This document shows, piece by piece, positions 50,149 to 63,384 of a DNA stretch of 64,000 nt (the stretch's first letter is position 1; each line of letters begins with the position of its first letter). The notes beneath the pieces are model-generated. The model ran no database searches, was not told the DNA's origin, and saw nothing but the letters and a program-made list of their open reading frames with translations. The DNA is from Lepidodermella squamata (taxonomy: Eukaryota; Animalia; Gastrotricha): contig JBLDXI010000056.1 of the NCBI GenBank assembly GCA_047495785.1, positions 496,001-560,000 of the forward strand. Reading direction: 5' to 3'. The translations under genes and the position numbers were made by a program.

Positions 50149-53100
50149 CTATTTTCGCCGGCCGTGCTGCTGCTGATGGCCGATTTGGCTGTTGTACTGG
50201 TGGTGGTTGTGGTGGTGGTGATGACTGGTCGGCGGAGGCTGGAACCGCCCGGGTTCGTAGTATCTATTAATAAACAAAATAACAAGTTGTCGTTAGCAAC
50301 ACAGCAATAATTAGACAACTGCAGAACAAATCATCATAATAAGAGACGAAGGTTTCTAAAACAAGCTAGGGAAGTTTTCGACAAAGCCGCTGTTGTTGGG
50401 GTTGAGTCAAGTCAAATTCGACGACACGTTTCTAAAATATTTAGCAATTGCGTCCGTGCGGTTCGTTCCAATTCAAGCGTAGTAGTCAAGGCCCAACTAG
50501 TATAACTGAGATGTGGCAAACTAGTAACTTTGCCACTTTGCCGTAGGTAGATTAGTAGAAGCGTCGACTCATGAATGAAATCAAAATATGTATACAAGAG
50601 TATACAATGTCGGAGGATGGGCAATCCTAATAGATCGCCTCAGTATACCTAGTTTCGCAATCGCCGAAGCCGATGATTGCCACAAGGTGTGTGTGTGTAC
50701 TTGCAACCCCGATCTATCATACAGGTACAGCATCGAGTTGTTCACTGCACAGCACAGATTCTAGTTCCAAATATTAGTTTCTATCATTTTGTTAAAACTT
50801 TGTTAGCGATTAATGGTTGCCACTACCTAGTACTAGTTACAGCCAGCTCTACTACACTGGTAATTGGTCGCCTCACTGTCTCGTATTGTCATCGAACGTA
50901 CATGCTGAATAGATTCATTTCAAAGGGCCGATATCGCTTAGGTATTGGTTGTAGAAGTAGCAGTAAGTAGTAGTTGATTGTATCAAATGTGCGTTAAATT
51001 GTAACACGTTGTTGAAATATCATTTGTCGCATTCGTCTGTCTATAAGAGTAAATATGTGGCCATCACGGCTGGCAAGTCTCCGATTCGACAGACACTATC
51101 TTGCCGCCGCTGCCACACCAGCCACTGGCCTGTCACAGCAATGCATTATCTATAAGTATTCATTTACTATAGCATTATTGCCTACTATTACTAGTTACGC
51201 CTCAATAAACCGGGCTTTGAAGAAGAATTGAATTCAAGGAGTAAAAATAGCTAAAAAAAAAAGCAGTATGGGTGGACTATAAGTAACTCACTGTTCCATG
51301 TCCTTGTCGTTGATGAAGCCGTCGCGCTCGCTGCTCGCCGCCAGGTAGGAGCGCGAACGCGAGTCGTCGCCGTCGAGGCCGTCGCCGCTGGAGCCGCCGC
51401 GGCGCCACAGCCCAACGGCGACGAGGCCGGTGATGATCTCGAGCAGGAACAGCACGCACAGCACGCCGATGACGATGCCGAGCCACAGCAGCGCGTCCCG
51501 TTCCAGAAACGTCTTTATCACCGCGAAACAGCCTGGAAACGACTGGTAGTTGGTGTTCTTGCCCGCGTCAAACGTACCAGCCGAACACACCTATGCATCG
51601 CCACAACACAAAACACATGTATTATTTACCATTTACTAAAATAATGAATCTGCAGCCTTTGCTCAATCAATAATATCATATCTGTTAACTAGTTATTGTT
51701 TCATCACGCAACAATACTGCTGCTCTGTCTTCAGCTCAGAATCTTGCAACGATGAAGCAAGTTTCAATACCACGCTTGGCTAGTTGCATAATATATTCAA
51801 ATTGATTTGGAAGAGCGCAGGTCTAGGGTAGCTGAACTTCGCGGAAGGTTCCAGTTATACTAACCGAGATTCAAAATTGAAAATACGCTCAACATTATCG
51901 ATGCCGATGAATTCCCTTTCTTTCTTTCTTTCTTTCTTTCTTAGAAATAGTAAATGAGGGAGGGTTAATGAGCTTCGCAAGCGTCACAGAATGAGCGTTG
52001 GTCAATCAATGGCTTATTTCCTTAATTTTAACGAAATCGAAGCTTAAACATTGTACGGCGTCTTTTTTACATTCGTATAAACCGTGTAGTTTGACCTGTC
52101 TAGCTGTTGATATAGTTGACTAGTTTCGATTTCGAAGGTAACAAAAGAAAGCAAAAGGTAACAAAAGGAAACCAGGTTCGAAGATTTCGGGAACGCTGAA
52201 TATTTCTACCTCGAGTTGGAACTATGACTATATTAATGAGTGGCAAATATTTCGACATGTCCTAATTACTTCCTACTTGTCAGCATTTCAATACTATGTA
52301 TCTCAAATCTCAAATTGCCGATTTGCGCTCATTTTCGTCGCAACTGGCTTGAAGACTTAGCCCAACATTTTGAAGTTGAACAGCCTTCAAGGCGTTCGGT
52401 AGCTAAAACTGCGTTCAACGCCATGTTTTAGACGTTTCTATAAACCGACGATGTGACGTGTTTCTATAGCATTTTCCCAAGATACAAAAGTATAACTGAG
52501 TCTGGTGGCCAACAATTCCTTCTCTATAAGGTGATGGGCTAGGAATCTATAAGTATCTAGAAATGATTTACCGGCGAGTAGTTGAGGCGCTGATCGGACT
52601 CGGGCGAGTAGCCGTCGACGGAGCAGCAGTAGCCCTGGTACTGCACGGCGTCGAACGCCAGCTTGAACGACGTGCACGTCTTGTCCGGCTTGGCGAAGTA
52701 GTCGCGTTCCATGGTCGCATTCAACGAGGCGGCTAGGCTGTCGCTGAGCTGGCTGCGCAGCGGCACGTACGCGACCAACAGGACGACGGGCAGTGACACG
52801 AGCGTGACAATCTGCACGATCGTGTACAGCACCAAAAAGCACTTGTGGCAGCACCGAGACAGCGATACAAACGCCCATAGCGCCCAGAAAAACAGCCTGC
52901 ACAATAGAAAATAGAAAATAAATAATTGAAACACGACTAATATATCTACCTATATGATATTGCATAACAGCAAGTATTTAAAAAATGATTATTTCAATTA
53001 TAGAGGTATCTTAAATGTGAAATGACTACTGCAATCGTCATTGGCAGTCGAATTCTGGCTTCAATCTCAATTAACCGCTGCAAATCGATAGGCTTCGCAA

Positions 53101-54945
53101 GGCTCGCAAAGCTAAGCTTGAAGCAGATTATCGAACCTTGGACCTTGCTGCATCACGGTCGGAGGTCAACAGGAGGATTCGCCGGAAACAGATCGACACC
53201 CTCGAGGAACTAGTCGAATAATCGAAAATAATCCCAAGTCTATCGATCTGAGCATAAATGAGCAAGTTGAACTCCTATGAACTCCCAGATTGACGTCGAT
53301 GAGTTCAACCAACAACAGCCTCTACGCTGGCCAAGGTCAGCCGTGATGTAAAATAGCCTCTTGGTGAACGACTATAATTCAGCATGTTGCCCTTAAATTG
53401 GCCTGGCTCTAGGATCTGGTTCAAATGATGAACATGACCATTGATTTGGCGAAGCCCTGCGTGAAATGTTTCCATCAGGCAGAAGTTGGCACTAAAGGCG
53501 AAAATGCATGTGGAACAGCGAACGGGCAATGTCGATCTCCGCATCAAACACGTATAACGAAATCGCGAAAAAGAAGCTTCCTTTTAATGTTTTGCCGAGA
53601 AGCTTCATTTGATAAAGCAGCTTCATTTTGTCATTTCTCAACGGCAATGAGATTCAGAATTCGATAAAAAAAAAGTCGTCGATGTAGTGTTCTGCAAATC
53701 CGATGTTCGCATTCGGCTTATCCAATCGATCCTTGAATCTTTAATTCTTTTTGGGGTTTTCTCGGTTCGGAGCAACTTTGCCGCGGTCTGCTCGTTTTTG
53801 CTGAATCTCTTCAATCGAAGGGGCAGCCCAAAACCAGACTGTCTGTCTCCTCATCGAGTAGAGTCGAGACTTTGTGGGTGTTTCGTATTCCGGATGGCGG
53901 ATGGATGGCAAAACAATTCAATCGCCCATGTCAGCGATAGACGATAGAGCCTTCGCAAGAGTCTTCCACACAAAAATGAGTTTCCCAAGCTACATAAGAC
54001 AATAGCATTTTGACAACAATAGGTTGTGTCCAATCGTCCAACTAATCATCCGCTGGCGACGACTTAGAAGCAAATTGGATTCCACTGGCTTGGACACCCG
54101 CGAGGCCTCTTCGACTGATGCCCAGTGTTACATTGTGTTGGTGAGCAGATGAGCCGAATGCTGCCATTTTGCTAGTACGATGATTTCAGAAATTGGCAAT
54201 ATTGCCAATTCGATTTTTTGCTGGTTCGAAGAACACACGAGTCCTTGTAACCCGATGTGAAAGGCAGATTCGATGCGACCAATGCCCGCCGAGACCTCTA
54301 GCATGTAGTATGTAGCTTCTAGCATACGCCTCAATACGAGGATAACCACCTGTCGAAGCTCAGCATTGGCCGCCACAATGCCAATGACGTACAACAGAGT
54401 GTTAAAAGCCTCAATAACCGCATTAATTAATAACTATATCTAGAGCCTATATGTTAGGGTGAAAAAAACGAATCGCGACAACAGGTAGTGTTGGTGATTT
54501 ACCATGCACCGATGCTGGCGATAACGATGAGCAGGTAACGGGCGATGGGGATTTGCATCCAGTCGATGACGAGCACCTGGTCGTTCGCCGCCCAGTTGTC
54601 CGAGTAGCAGTAGTCCACCTGTTGTACAATAAACAGACAGACGGACAGACAGCTTGTTAAGCACACTAACTGAAGAATGCTAATATACCTGGTTGTCACT
54701 CGACCGGTACACGTCCTTGTAGAGCGCGTGGAAGTAGGACTTGTACGCCGGCAGCATCATCGACGGCATGAACAGCGCCAACAGCGACGTCACGCTCAAG
54801 AACCCGCCCACCAACTGATCGAATAGATACAACATCATAGATTATCAAACAAACTCAGTGTCAATGTCAATGGACAACCACTCACCATGAGTATCAGGTT
54901 CGGAATGATGAAAAAGAACAAACAAAACGCGATGCAGCAGTTCAT
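50149..54945 (-). CDS. Divergent tetraspanin-like four-TM protein. Exons 54945-54886, 54814-54689, 54618-54503, 52896-52572, 51590-51292 and 50263-50149.
   Basis: Four hydrophobic segments, juxtamembrane Cys residues, FDAVQYQGYCCSVDG (variant of the CCG motif), GC before TM4, and a His-rich cytoplasmic tail. Intron phases are consistent. Confidence 0.8.
51916..51942. repeat. (TTTC)n microsatellite
   Basis: About 6.5 tandem units, read directly. Confidence 0.9.
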
Positions 54946-55889
54946 TTCTGGTTATATTAGTATTGCTGGGATACGATAGATAGATTTGTTCTTGTTGTTG
55001 TTGAGGTGGTGGTGGTTATGCTGTGAGGCAGCCACACACGAGGCTTGTCGCCGCCGGCTTTTGCACCAGCAACTGCCTAGAACTACTTAAATACGTAAAA
55101 TCTAAGTAGTACAGCTAAAATGGAACACAAAATTTAACACACGAATAAAAAAAGCTGGGTTCAGCCAACTAGTATGTTTCACAGCGGCTGAAATTAAAAA
55201 TAACATCACGCAAGCCTTCTCTTTCATTTCTTTAACCTCTTTACTCTTTATCTTTCGTCTTTACCGAAATTTGCTTTTCCGACATTGCAGCTTTATTACA
55301 TAGGCGCAAAACGCCGCCGCGCCGCACACGCACCGCCGCAAATGCGTTTTCGTAACAATGTTAGCAATAAAAAATGTCACACAAAAACAGCAACGCTCAT
55401 TCTGCGCACATTAATTAATGGTAATTACACATTACACACGCACACGCAGGAAAAACTGTTTTTTAAAGGCTAGACGGTAGCTGCTGTTCAACTTTCATAC
55501 CAAAAATTGTATACAAAAAAAACAACAGTTCAATTCGATAAGTCAAACCCCGGTCGAAAACAGATGAAATCAATCCGTTCGGTATAAACGATCGGGACGA
55601 AGTGGGAAAACTTGGCTACATGAAGATAACACTCCTCGATGATCTGGCAAGAACTACTAGGACGATTGCCACGCGCAAATTTTAGTGAGCTTTTACTAGT
55701 GAAAAAAGAAGACTAAAGCTGGAGATTCCAATAACAGAGGGAATGTCGATAGCGCATTACCAAATTTGCAAAGAAAATTGCGCCGACTTTCTAACCCTAA
55801 CAACTTGGGATGGGGCCTCGGTGTTGTATAAACGTATTTAAGCATTCATGATAAGTAAGCAGAAGTTCAACAATAAAACTTGGGTCGTT

Positions 55890-56320
55890 ATATTCCTACT
55901 TAAATAAGTACGCGTTATTTGATATTCGTACTTAAGCAGCTTTCCGCTTACGTAATATTCGAAATTTTTCGACCATAATATTCAGCTTTTAAAACTGAGT
56001 AAGAATGATATCTCACCCAGGAAGCTGAGATAACTTGGACTTGTCAAATTTGATGGCAAAATCTAGAGTTTCTCCCTATTTTCATCAAGTTGGATCTAAG
56101 GTTCAGGACCTTTTAGGTTTCCTGAGCTTTCCAACCCTAATTTCATGTTTTTGGATGCAAATTTGACAAGTCCAAGTTATCTCAGCTTCCTGGGTGAGAT
56201 ATCATTCTTACTCAGTTTTAAAAGCTGAATATTATGGTCGAAAAATTTCGAATATTACGTAAGCGGAAAGCTGCTTAAGTACGAATATCAAAAAACGCGT
56301 ACTTATTTAAGTACGAATAT
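55890..56320. repeat. Long near-perfect inverted repeat (foldback/MITE-like): arms 55890-56052 and 56158-56320 with a 105-bp spacer
   Basis: The 163-bp arms are reverse complements with two mismatches seen near the outer ends. The sub-repeat ATATTCSTACTTAA occurs twice per arm. Confidence 0.93.
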
Positions 56321-57502
56321 CCACTCCGATAAAACTTCATTATGCGCCGAGCGATTTTTGCATAACTCTATCGAATTCCATAAAACGTTACGAATATTCA
56401 ATGAAGATTGATGAATTTTACGTGTGAGAACAGCCATTAAACACCTTGAAAACAGAAGTTAAAACATCCTATAATTGGCGGCTTACTAAAGCAAAAAGGC
56501 TGCGAGTTTAAGGTGATAGAGCAAGCAATTTTTCCAGGAAGTTAACAGAAAGGCTCTGTGGTAATTTGTCAATTACGCACAGGCATGTAAATTCGTTTAG
56601 GCGCTGAATTAAACTGGGGAATCCTATCCAGTTTTACGGAAAATTCGGCACGCTGTAATGCCTCTTGAAATGCATAAAAAATATTTAATAAATGATAATA
56701 CGGTGACAACAAACTAATGCAAACCGAGCTAATGAGCGAGCACAAGAATTAGCCAGCTAACAAAGCGGCTGCTGCTGCTGCTACTACTACACCTCGCAAT
56801 ATCATCATCGGCAGCAGCAGCAGCGTCGACTCCTCACAAGCAGCAGCAGCGGCAAAAAGAGCGCGCGCGGTCTTTCATGGCTAGCCGCAGCGGCTGTCAC
56901 TCATGCGCACGCGACAACAGAAAACGAAATTGCGAGCGAGCGAGCGAGCGACTGAACGAGTGAGAGCTGCCTGCCTGGCACAATGCCTACGCTCGTACGC
57001 TTGTTGGATGGATGGCCGGCTCACAGACTGCTGAGGTTGGCCATTGCCACGCGGCTGAATTTGTGAATGGATGGCGACAAGACAAGAGACCCAGATTGCG
57101 AGATTCAGCCACACACACACACAGAAAGATGGCCATCGAGGCACTTGTATTCTTTCGCGTTCGCTAGCTTCGGCCATAATATTCACGCACATACCCAAGT
57201 ATAAAAGTATTCCGTATTCAGCTCAACTGAACTGAACGTAGAAAGGTAGAAAGAATAGGTAAGTACACTCGTGCTGGCTCATGCGAAAGCAGTGCACGAA
57301 CCGCCACAAAGAGGACAATGCCGCTAATTTGTTTGTTTGTTCGCAATATCAGAGCAATCATCTCTGAGCAATCGATATCGATGTTGACTGATGCGATCTG
57401 ATAAATCAACTGTATAGGTAGAGAGGGTAAGTCACTTTTTGCGCCGCTCTTTTGTCCTCGCCGCAACTAAACAACAAAACTAATCGCTTCCAAGTATGTA
57501 CA

Positions 57503-57546
<44 letters not shown>
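57503..57546. repeat. (AAT)n microsatellite
   Basis: About 14 perfect units, read directly. Confidence 0.95.
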
Positions 57547-57550
<4 letters not shown>

Positions 57551-60500
57551 AACGCGAATGAAGCCTGTAATTTGTTCAAATTTATCAGCTCTTACCGCGC
57601 AGCAACTTTGTATCCGCCGCTGTTGTCGCTGCTAAAAAGCCAGCAAACAACATATAGGTACAATCTAAACAATGAGGACAAAAAAGCGCGACGAAATGAC
57701 TATGTACACGCGCACACAAAATATGGAGACCTCGGCTAACGGATCACCTTAGTAATACCTAGCTATCTTTTAGCCATTCACGTGAAGGTGAAGCGCCAAT
57801 ATCCTTGGCGAAGCAGCCATCTATCGGCACAATTAAGGCCGAAGTTCAATGTTCGATAAAAGCCTATAAAAACGTGTCGAACAGTTGGGCCGTGTTCACG
57901 GTCGCAATGCAAGACAAAGATAACGAAGAAGGAGGCTTATCGAATCATATTAGCTGCTACTTTCATCGCTCACAGCGGCAAATCAGCTTCATGGTCAAAG
58001 TCAGCTGCAACACAGTTGAATAATAGATTATACTACCCATTCCAAGTTTTGAGCAGCTTTTAATTGATGTTTCAAGGTCATTTTGTTCGAAACATTATAG
58101 GTGCAGACGACGACGACGATGTTAAGGCATTTTTAATGCCCTTCAATAAATGCACGCGCACAGAAGCGGCAATAAAAAAATGTGCGCTGCTGTGTGTGAA
58201 ATTTCAATTTTATTGCTGACGCTATTTGTAAACCGTGCAACTATAAGAAGCGTGGCGGCAGTGTCGCGCCCTATAGAAGCGATTTTGAAGAAAAAATACT
58301 TGAAGAGGAAGAATAAAGAGGTCTTCGAAGAAAGAAAAGAGTATCTTTTAGCCGACCGAGTAAATGTAGGTAAGTGAATCACCCGACATGCGAACCTAAT
58401 GCGATGCAAGCGAGCAAGCAAGCATTCGGCGCATAAATTGCGCGCGCGCACACACACGCACACACGCGCACACACCTTGCGCGATACAAGCTTAGTACCT
58501 ATACGTAATACATCATAACACAGCAGAAAAAAATGGCCCACAAAAAACACGCGGGGTGTCGCTGGCTGAGCGTAACCAGCTGGCGCACTTGTATGCACAC
58601 ACAAAAATGAAGCCGCGTTGTACTTTTGTCATACGCTCGGCTGCTGGCTCAGTCGGCTAATGCTTGGATAAACAACAGTTGATCGCCCGCGCATCATCGC
58701 ACTATATCAGTGAAACTATCAGCAGCAGCGTAAAAAATGGCGACTAACACAAGTATGTGGCGATGATGATGATATCTCATAAATAACTGAGACAGATTCT
58801 TGCATCCAAAGAATAACAAACAAACACAGATACACACACAGTTGGGTGAGTGAGTGAGTGCCACGTGGGACCAACCGTCAAATACTCGGATCTATGGCAA
58901 TAATCATAATGACGGCGATTGCTGGAATCAAAGTCTCTCTTCAGGATGCATCAGCAAAAGCAACAACAACAACACCAGTAGGATTGTTTGTGCCAAAGAA
59001 TGGCCACAAACGTGAGCAAAAGCCGGGATTCGATTGATCAATAAATGAATGAATGAATGAGTGATTGAATGACGGCGATAAAGAGGTAGGTATAAGAAAA
59101 GGGGTTTGATGATGGGTGTTGGCCTCGCTCAAACTCAAGCTGTAAGAGATGCTTCGATAACACACACACGAGAAGGTGAAAACAATAAAGCAACAGCCAA
59201 CAGGCGATAATTGTCACCATCCTGTGCTGTTGCTGTTGCTGCTGCTGTTTAATAGTCGTAGTAGGTGAGTGTATTCACTCTCGGCTCTGTATAGTACCTA
59301 TACCTAAATAAGGCTATATAAGGCGAAGAGGAGGAGGAGGAGGTGGCGACGAAGAAGACGCCGGCAACAAGCACGCACCTTTCCTTTCCTACGCTTGTTG
59401 CTTCGTTCGATGTCGCTTGCTGTGCGACCATCCCCTACTACGCTATAGCGCATGTACACAACAGGTATGCAGGCAGGCAGGCAGGCAGCAACGCGAGCGA
59501 GCACTGTGAATACTAAAAACGAACATAGGCCGGTACATCTTTTGTGATGTATATATGTAAGTATGCTCGGCAATCATCATCATCATCATCATCATTGGTG
59601 CTCATCGTTATGATTATCGCTGCTATCGCTCGTCGTTATTCTTGTCGTTGACCTTTCGATGGACGCGCCTGCCGCGTCCCCGAGCGGGCGAACGAGCGAG
59701 CGCCGCCGCCGCCTAGTTGTTTGCCCGCCTGTTTGCGCGTACCGACGACGACCACCGCTACTACACGTATAGGTGTATACGTAGGTACATGCGGCGACAA
59801 CACACAGCCTCGCTCGTGATCGCTCGTGATATTTGCATCGTGTATGCAACTATAACAACAACAACAACAATGTCGACAACAACGACGGCAAAGAAGAAGA
59901 AGAAGAAGATGCCGAGATGATGATCAAGTAATGCGGATCAAAAGCTGTAAGTGCTGTGCCTCACCACAAGGAATTCAGCCACAAGGAATACAGTACCATT
60001 AAGGTTCTCATCCCACGCCTGCACTGGTCATTGGCAATAAGAGCGGTGGTATATGCCGACTGACACCCAATGCGCCAGGGCGCGTTCGCAGGCACATTGG
60101 TCATACAAGAGCCAACACATATACGCTGATATCTACACGTGGCTGCTACTAAAAGGATCTACTGCAGTTCCTAGACGCTGTAAAAAAACTAGTGTTGGAA
60201 TAGATAGTTATTTGAGGTGGTAGTAGCAGGCGTGGGACGTGAAAAAAACAACATCCTGCAGAGTTAGGGAGGCAGGCAACAACTAGCTATAGCTACTTTT
60301 GCGGTATTCGCAGCAACAACAACAACAAATTGGGGCGGTTTAAGGCGCTTACGCAAGCATGTTATTGATAGTATATAGTTAGAAACTGCAAGCCGTCGCT
60401 CTATCATCATCATCGTTGATATTGGGCGCGCAAAATACTTGACTGGCGGCGAAAAATAAGCAAGTATAGCAAAACGCGCAACTAACAAAAAGAAGCTGCA

Positions 60501-60886
60501 ACGAAAACAAAACAAAACAAAACATAATGAGCGAGAAAACAACAATAAAAACACTCTCGAGTATAGTACATACATACATACATGCACTACTTCATCGGTG
60601 CCTAATCGAGCGTGAACACCGTAAGCTTTGCAACGACACACGCACATTTAGGCAGCTCGAACCACCAAGTCGGCGACCAGTCGACCAAATTAACGCACAC
60701 CCCTAAATGGTACCAAATTTCCATTTATTTTTTCGTCATTTTTTTGTTCAATAGAAGGTAATATAAGCTGATGAAAGCTAAAACACAGTTGCGCGTCACA
60801 AACAACGAAAAAAGCACTCGGTACGTCAAATCAGTACGCCAAATTGTAGAGAAAAATCACTCGAGAATGTGAGAAGGCTCTAATAG

Positions 60887-61368
60887 CTATGTGACAGGCA
60901 GCACAGGAGCTGCAGCAGCAGCATCACTAGTGGCGGGGGTCGGCTGCTCGACTTGACTGCTGAGGTTGTTGTTGTTGTCGTCGTCGTCAGCCGATCTCGC
61001 CCGTTTCGGATCAGGCTCGGCCTCATCGCCAGCAGATGCCTTGCCTGTGCTTATTATTGATGTAGCATGACCATTTGCAGCAGTTGTGTTACATGTTGTA
61101 GTAGGTTTCACATCGGCATCATCGTCGAAATCGTCCAAGTCGAACGCGATCTCGTCCGGGTTGCCAACTGCTGCTGCTTCCGCACATCCATCCCCGGCGT
61201 GTTTGCCGCCGCTGGCAATGCTGTTCGACGCCTCGGCGGTTGCCGAAGTAACCGATTGTGGCGGCTGTTGTCGCGGCTGCTGCTTCTGCTTCTGCTGCTG
61301 CTCATGTTCACCACCTTCGCCCAGTACAGGAGCAGTAGTGCCGTCCAAATTGCCAACTATTCGCATGC
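60887..61368 (-). CDS. Terminal coding exon of a gene whose upstream exons lie beyond the window; possibly the lariat debranching enzyme DBR1
   Basis: Acceptor TATAG at 61369, then an open low-complexity acidic frame with NPDEIAFDLDDFDDD (an NPDEI-acidic motif occurs in DBR1 and SYF1/XAB2 tails) and NLS-like PDPKRAR. AATAAA follows near 60725. Confidence 0.5.
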
Positions 61369-62059
61369 CTATATTAGTTTAAATAACAAAACACAAACCA
61401 TTCATCCAAGAAATGAACATAAATAAAATAGCCTAAATTGCCAAAATAGTAAAAAATTGGGATCTATACTGCCTTTAAACCGCGATTTCTCACAATTCAC
61501 AATTTGATTGGTTTTTAGAATTTTAGCCACAACTCGCCGATATTATAAACTCAACTTTTCCAAAGCTTCTCTTTCATGGCTTTGCGACGGTGAAGATTCA
61601 AATATGCCTTTCAAATCAATTCCTAGTCCAAATCTGAGCTTGGTTTCTAACCTTATGCCCCGACTGGCTATCATGATTGCTGAGAGTGAGGACAGGTAAT
61701 CTGGGATCATCACTCTACGAATAGTAATCAGAACTTATATCACGACTTTCTTAAGGACAAAAAGGCAGCAAGAGGCTGGGTTACGGCAATAGGCCAAAAG
61801 CGATGCGAGACAATAATTTAAAGCTGGTTTAAGGTCCAGTGGGGATTTTAGGCCAGCGTACAGCCAACTTTCCACGCTTGTTCTAAAGATTTTTCAAACT
61901 GAAGTTGTCGGTCGTCATCTGAGTTTGTTAGGCTATTTATAACAGCATAATAAACGGTTTCTGTAAGCAGTTACAGGCTCAGTTTGTAGGCGGTTGGAAT
62001 GTAACGATGAATACCGTCGATTTCGAAGCGGCCGCGTTGTGAGGCAAGTCGTTTTAGCC

Positions 62060-62790
62060 GACTGTGCTGATGAAGACGAGCTGAGAGAATCGCGAAGAAT
62101 TGATTGGAGCTACTCTGATAGTGATGATGCGGACGATGGCAAATGGCAGTAATATGGCAGCGTCGACAATCCTCATCTGGTCTAAGAACGAACCAATCCG
62201 ACCAGTTGAATCATTATTCAAGGGTGAGCTTAGAGTTGGATACGCAGTTTACTCATAACTAATTAGGTACATACTAATTACTAATTAGGTAGGCTACCAA
62301 GTTTCCCTTCTCCGCTTCAACGCCCAAGTGGTGTTGAAGTACTGTGACTGGATTATGTCCGACTTTGGGACTGTTATTGTCTAGGGACACAATAATCGAA
62401 TTAAATGAATTCGATTTCGAAACCTATGTGAATTATCAAATTGACTTGGATATCGGCTAGACACTAGAATCGGCACCAATGCTGGTTCTCATCCTTTCGC
62501 GCCTGTAATCGGTACATGCATTTCGCAGACCATTGCCGACAAAAGCGACCCGGAATTCGATGGTCTTGCGGAGATTCGCCCCGCGATGCAAATGTTCGTC
62601 ACGTATGCTCGGTTCCCGAACCCGAGGACGATCAATCAATTGACGTAATGACCGTTCCGTTCAAAAGGCGATGCCACCTGAAGCAGTCAGTACATGTCTC
62701 AAAGGCCGCACAAGTGGGGCTTCATAATTTTCGCTCGCCTCGCTGTTGGGTCAATGGTATACTATAATTATGACTTCTTCCGTATGATGG
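62060..62790 (+). pseudogene. Decayed piggyBac transposase remnant
   Basis: Across frameshifts: YMHFAD, EIRP, QSIDVMTVPFKRRCHLKQ and YMSQRPHKWGF, matching piggyBac LHF.D / SIDE.MVPFKGR..LKQY...KP.KWG.K. An acidic N-terminal patch lies near 62110. Confidence 0.8.
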
Positions 62791-62844
62791 CCGACATGTT
62801 GATGGACCAACCCCTTATCAACCTGCTTTATGTGACTCCGAACT

Positions 62845-63130
62845 GTTGTAAACCTCGAAAAATATAAAGTGATGCTTTTTGGATTCTGCAACACCCTCAA
62901 TACTTGGGTGTCACGTTCAGCTGGGAATCTCACATCTCCAGCATCTCCGCGAAATGACGGCCGAGAGCTGGCATGCAACGACGCATCATTGTGCGGAAAA
63001 TACCTACCGGAGCGGTTAGGACTCATGTTTTATAAATCAATGTCCGAAAGCGTAGCAACGTACAGCTCACCAGCATGGGCATGACAGCCCAAGTCATCCA
63101 TCCATCAATGGATTATTCGAAATTGCGCTG
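62845..63130 (+). mobile_element. Decayed non-LTR retrotransposon reverse transcriptase C-terminal fragment
   Basis: Frameshifted VNLEKYKVMLF / YLGVTFSWESHISSISAK / LMFYKSMSESVATYSSPAW, typical of the post-RT region of L2/CR1/Jockey-like LINEs. Confidence 0.7.
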
Positions 63131-63384
63131 CCCACGACCTAGCCATATGACGCAGATTCTAGCAGGAAAAATATCTGAGATATCGATTTGGTTAATTGAA
63201 AGAAATAGGTAACAACAATCCCTCGGAGGGAAATGTTGACATGGAACTTGCTAGATAAAAATTCAGACATCAATCTGGCGGATACTAGCACTACTCCACC
63301 GGCCCGGTTTCGAAAACTGGTAAATCATTACTGAATGACAATGCTAATGTGATCATTTCTCCCCCAAGTAACAACTCTGATTTT

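Noticed and set aside
55791-55801. CTAACCCTAAC, identical to the vertebrate telomerase RNA template
   Set aside because: It is a single 11-mer with no recognisable pseudoknot, CR4/5 or H/ACA elements nearby, and no telomeric array.
61990-62015. TGGAATGT miR-1-like seed
   Set aside because: Only weak pairing with the upstream arm, no credible pre-miRNA hairpin, and it is adjacent to transposon debris.
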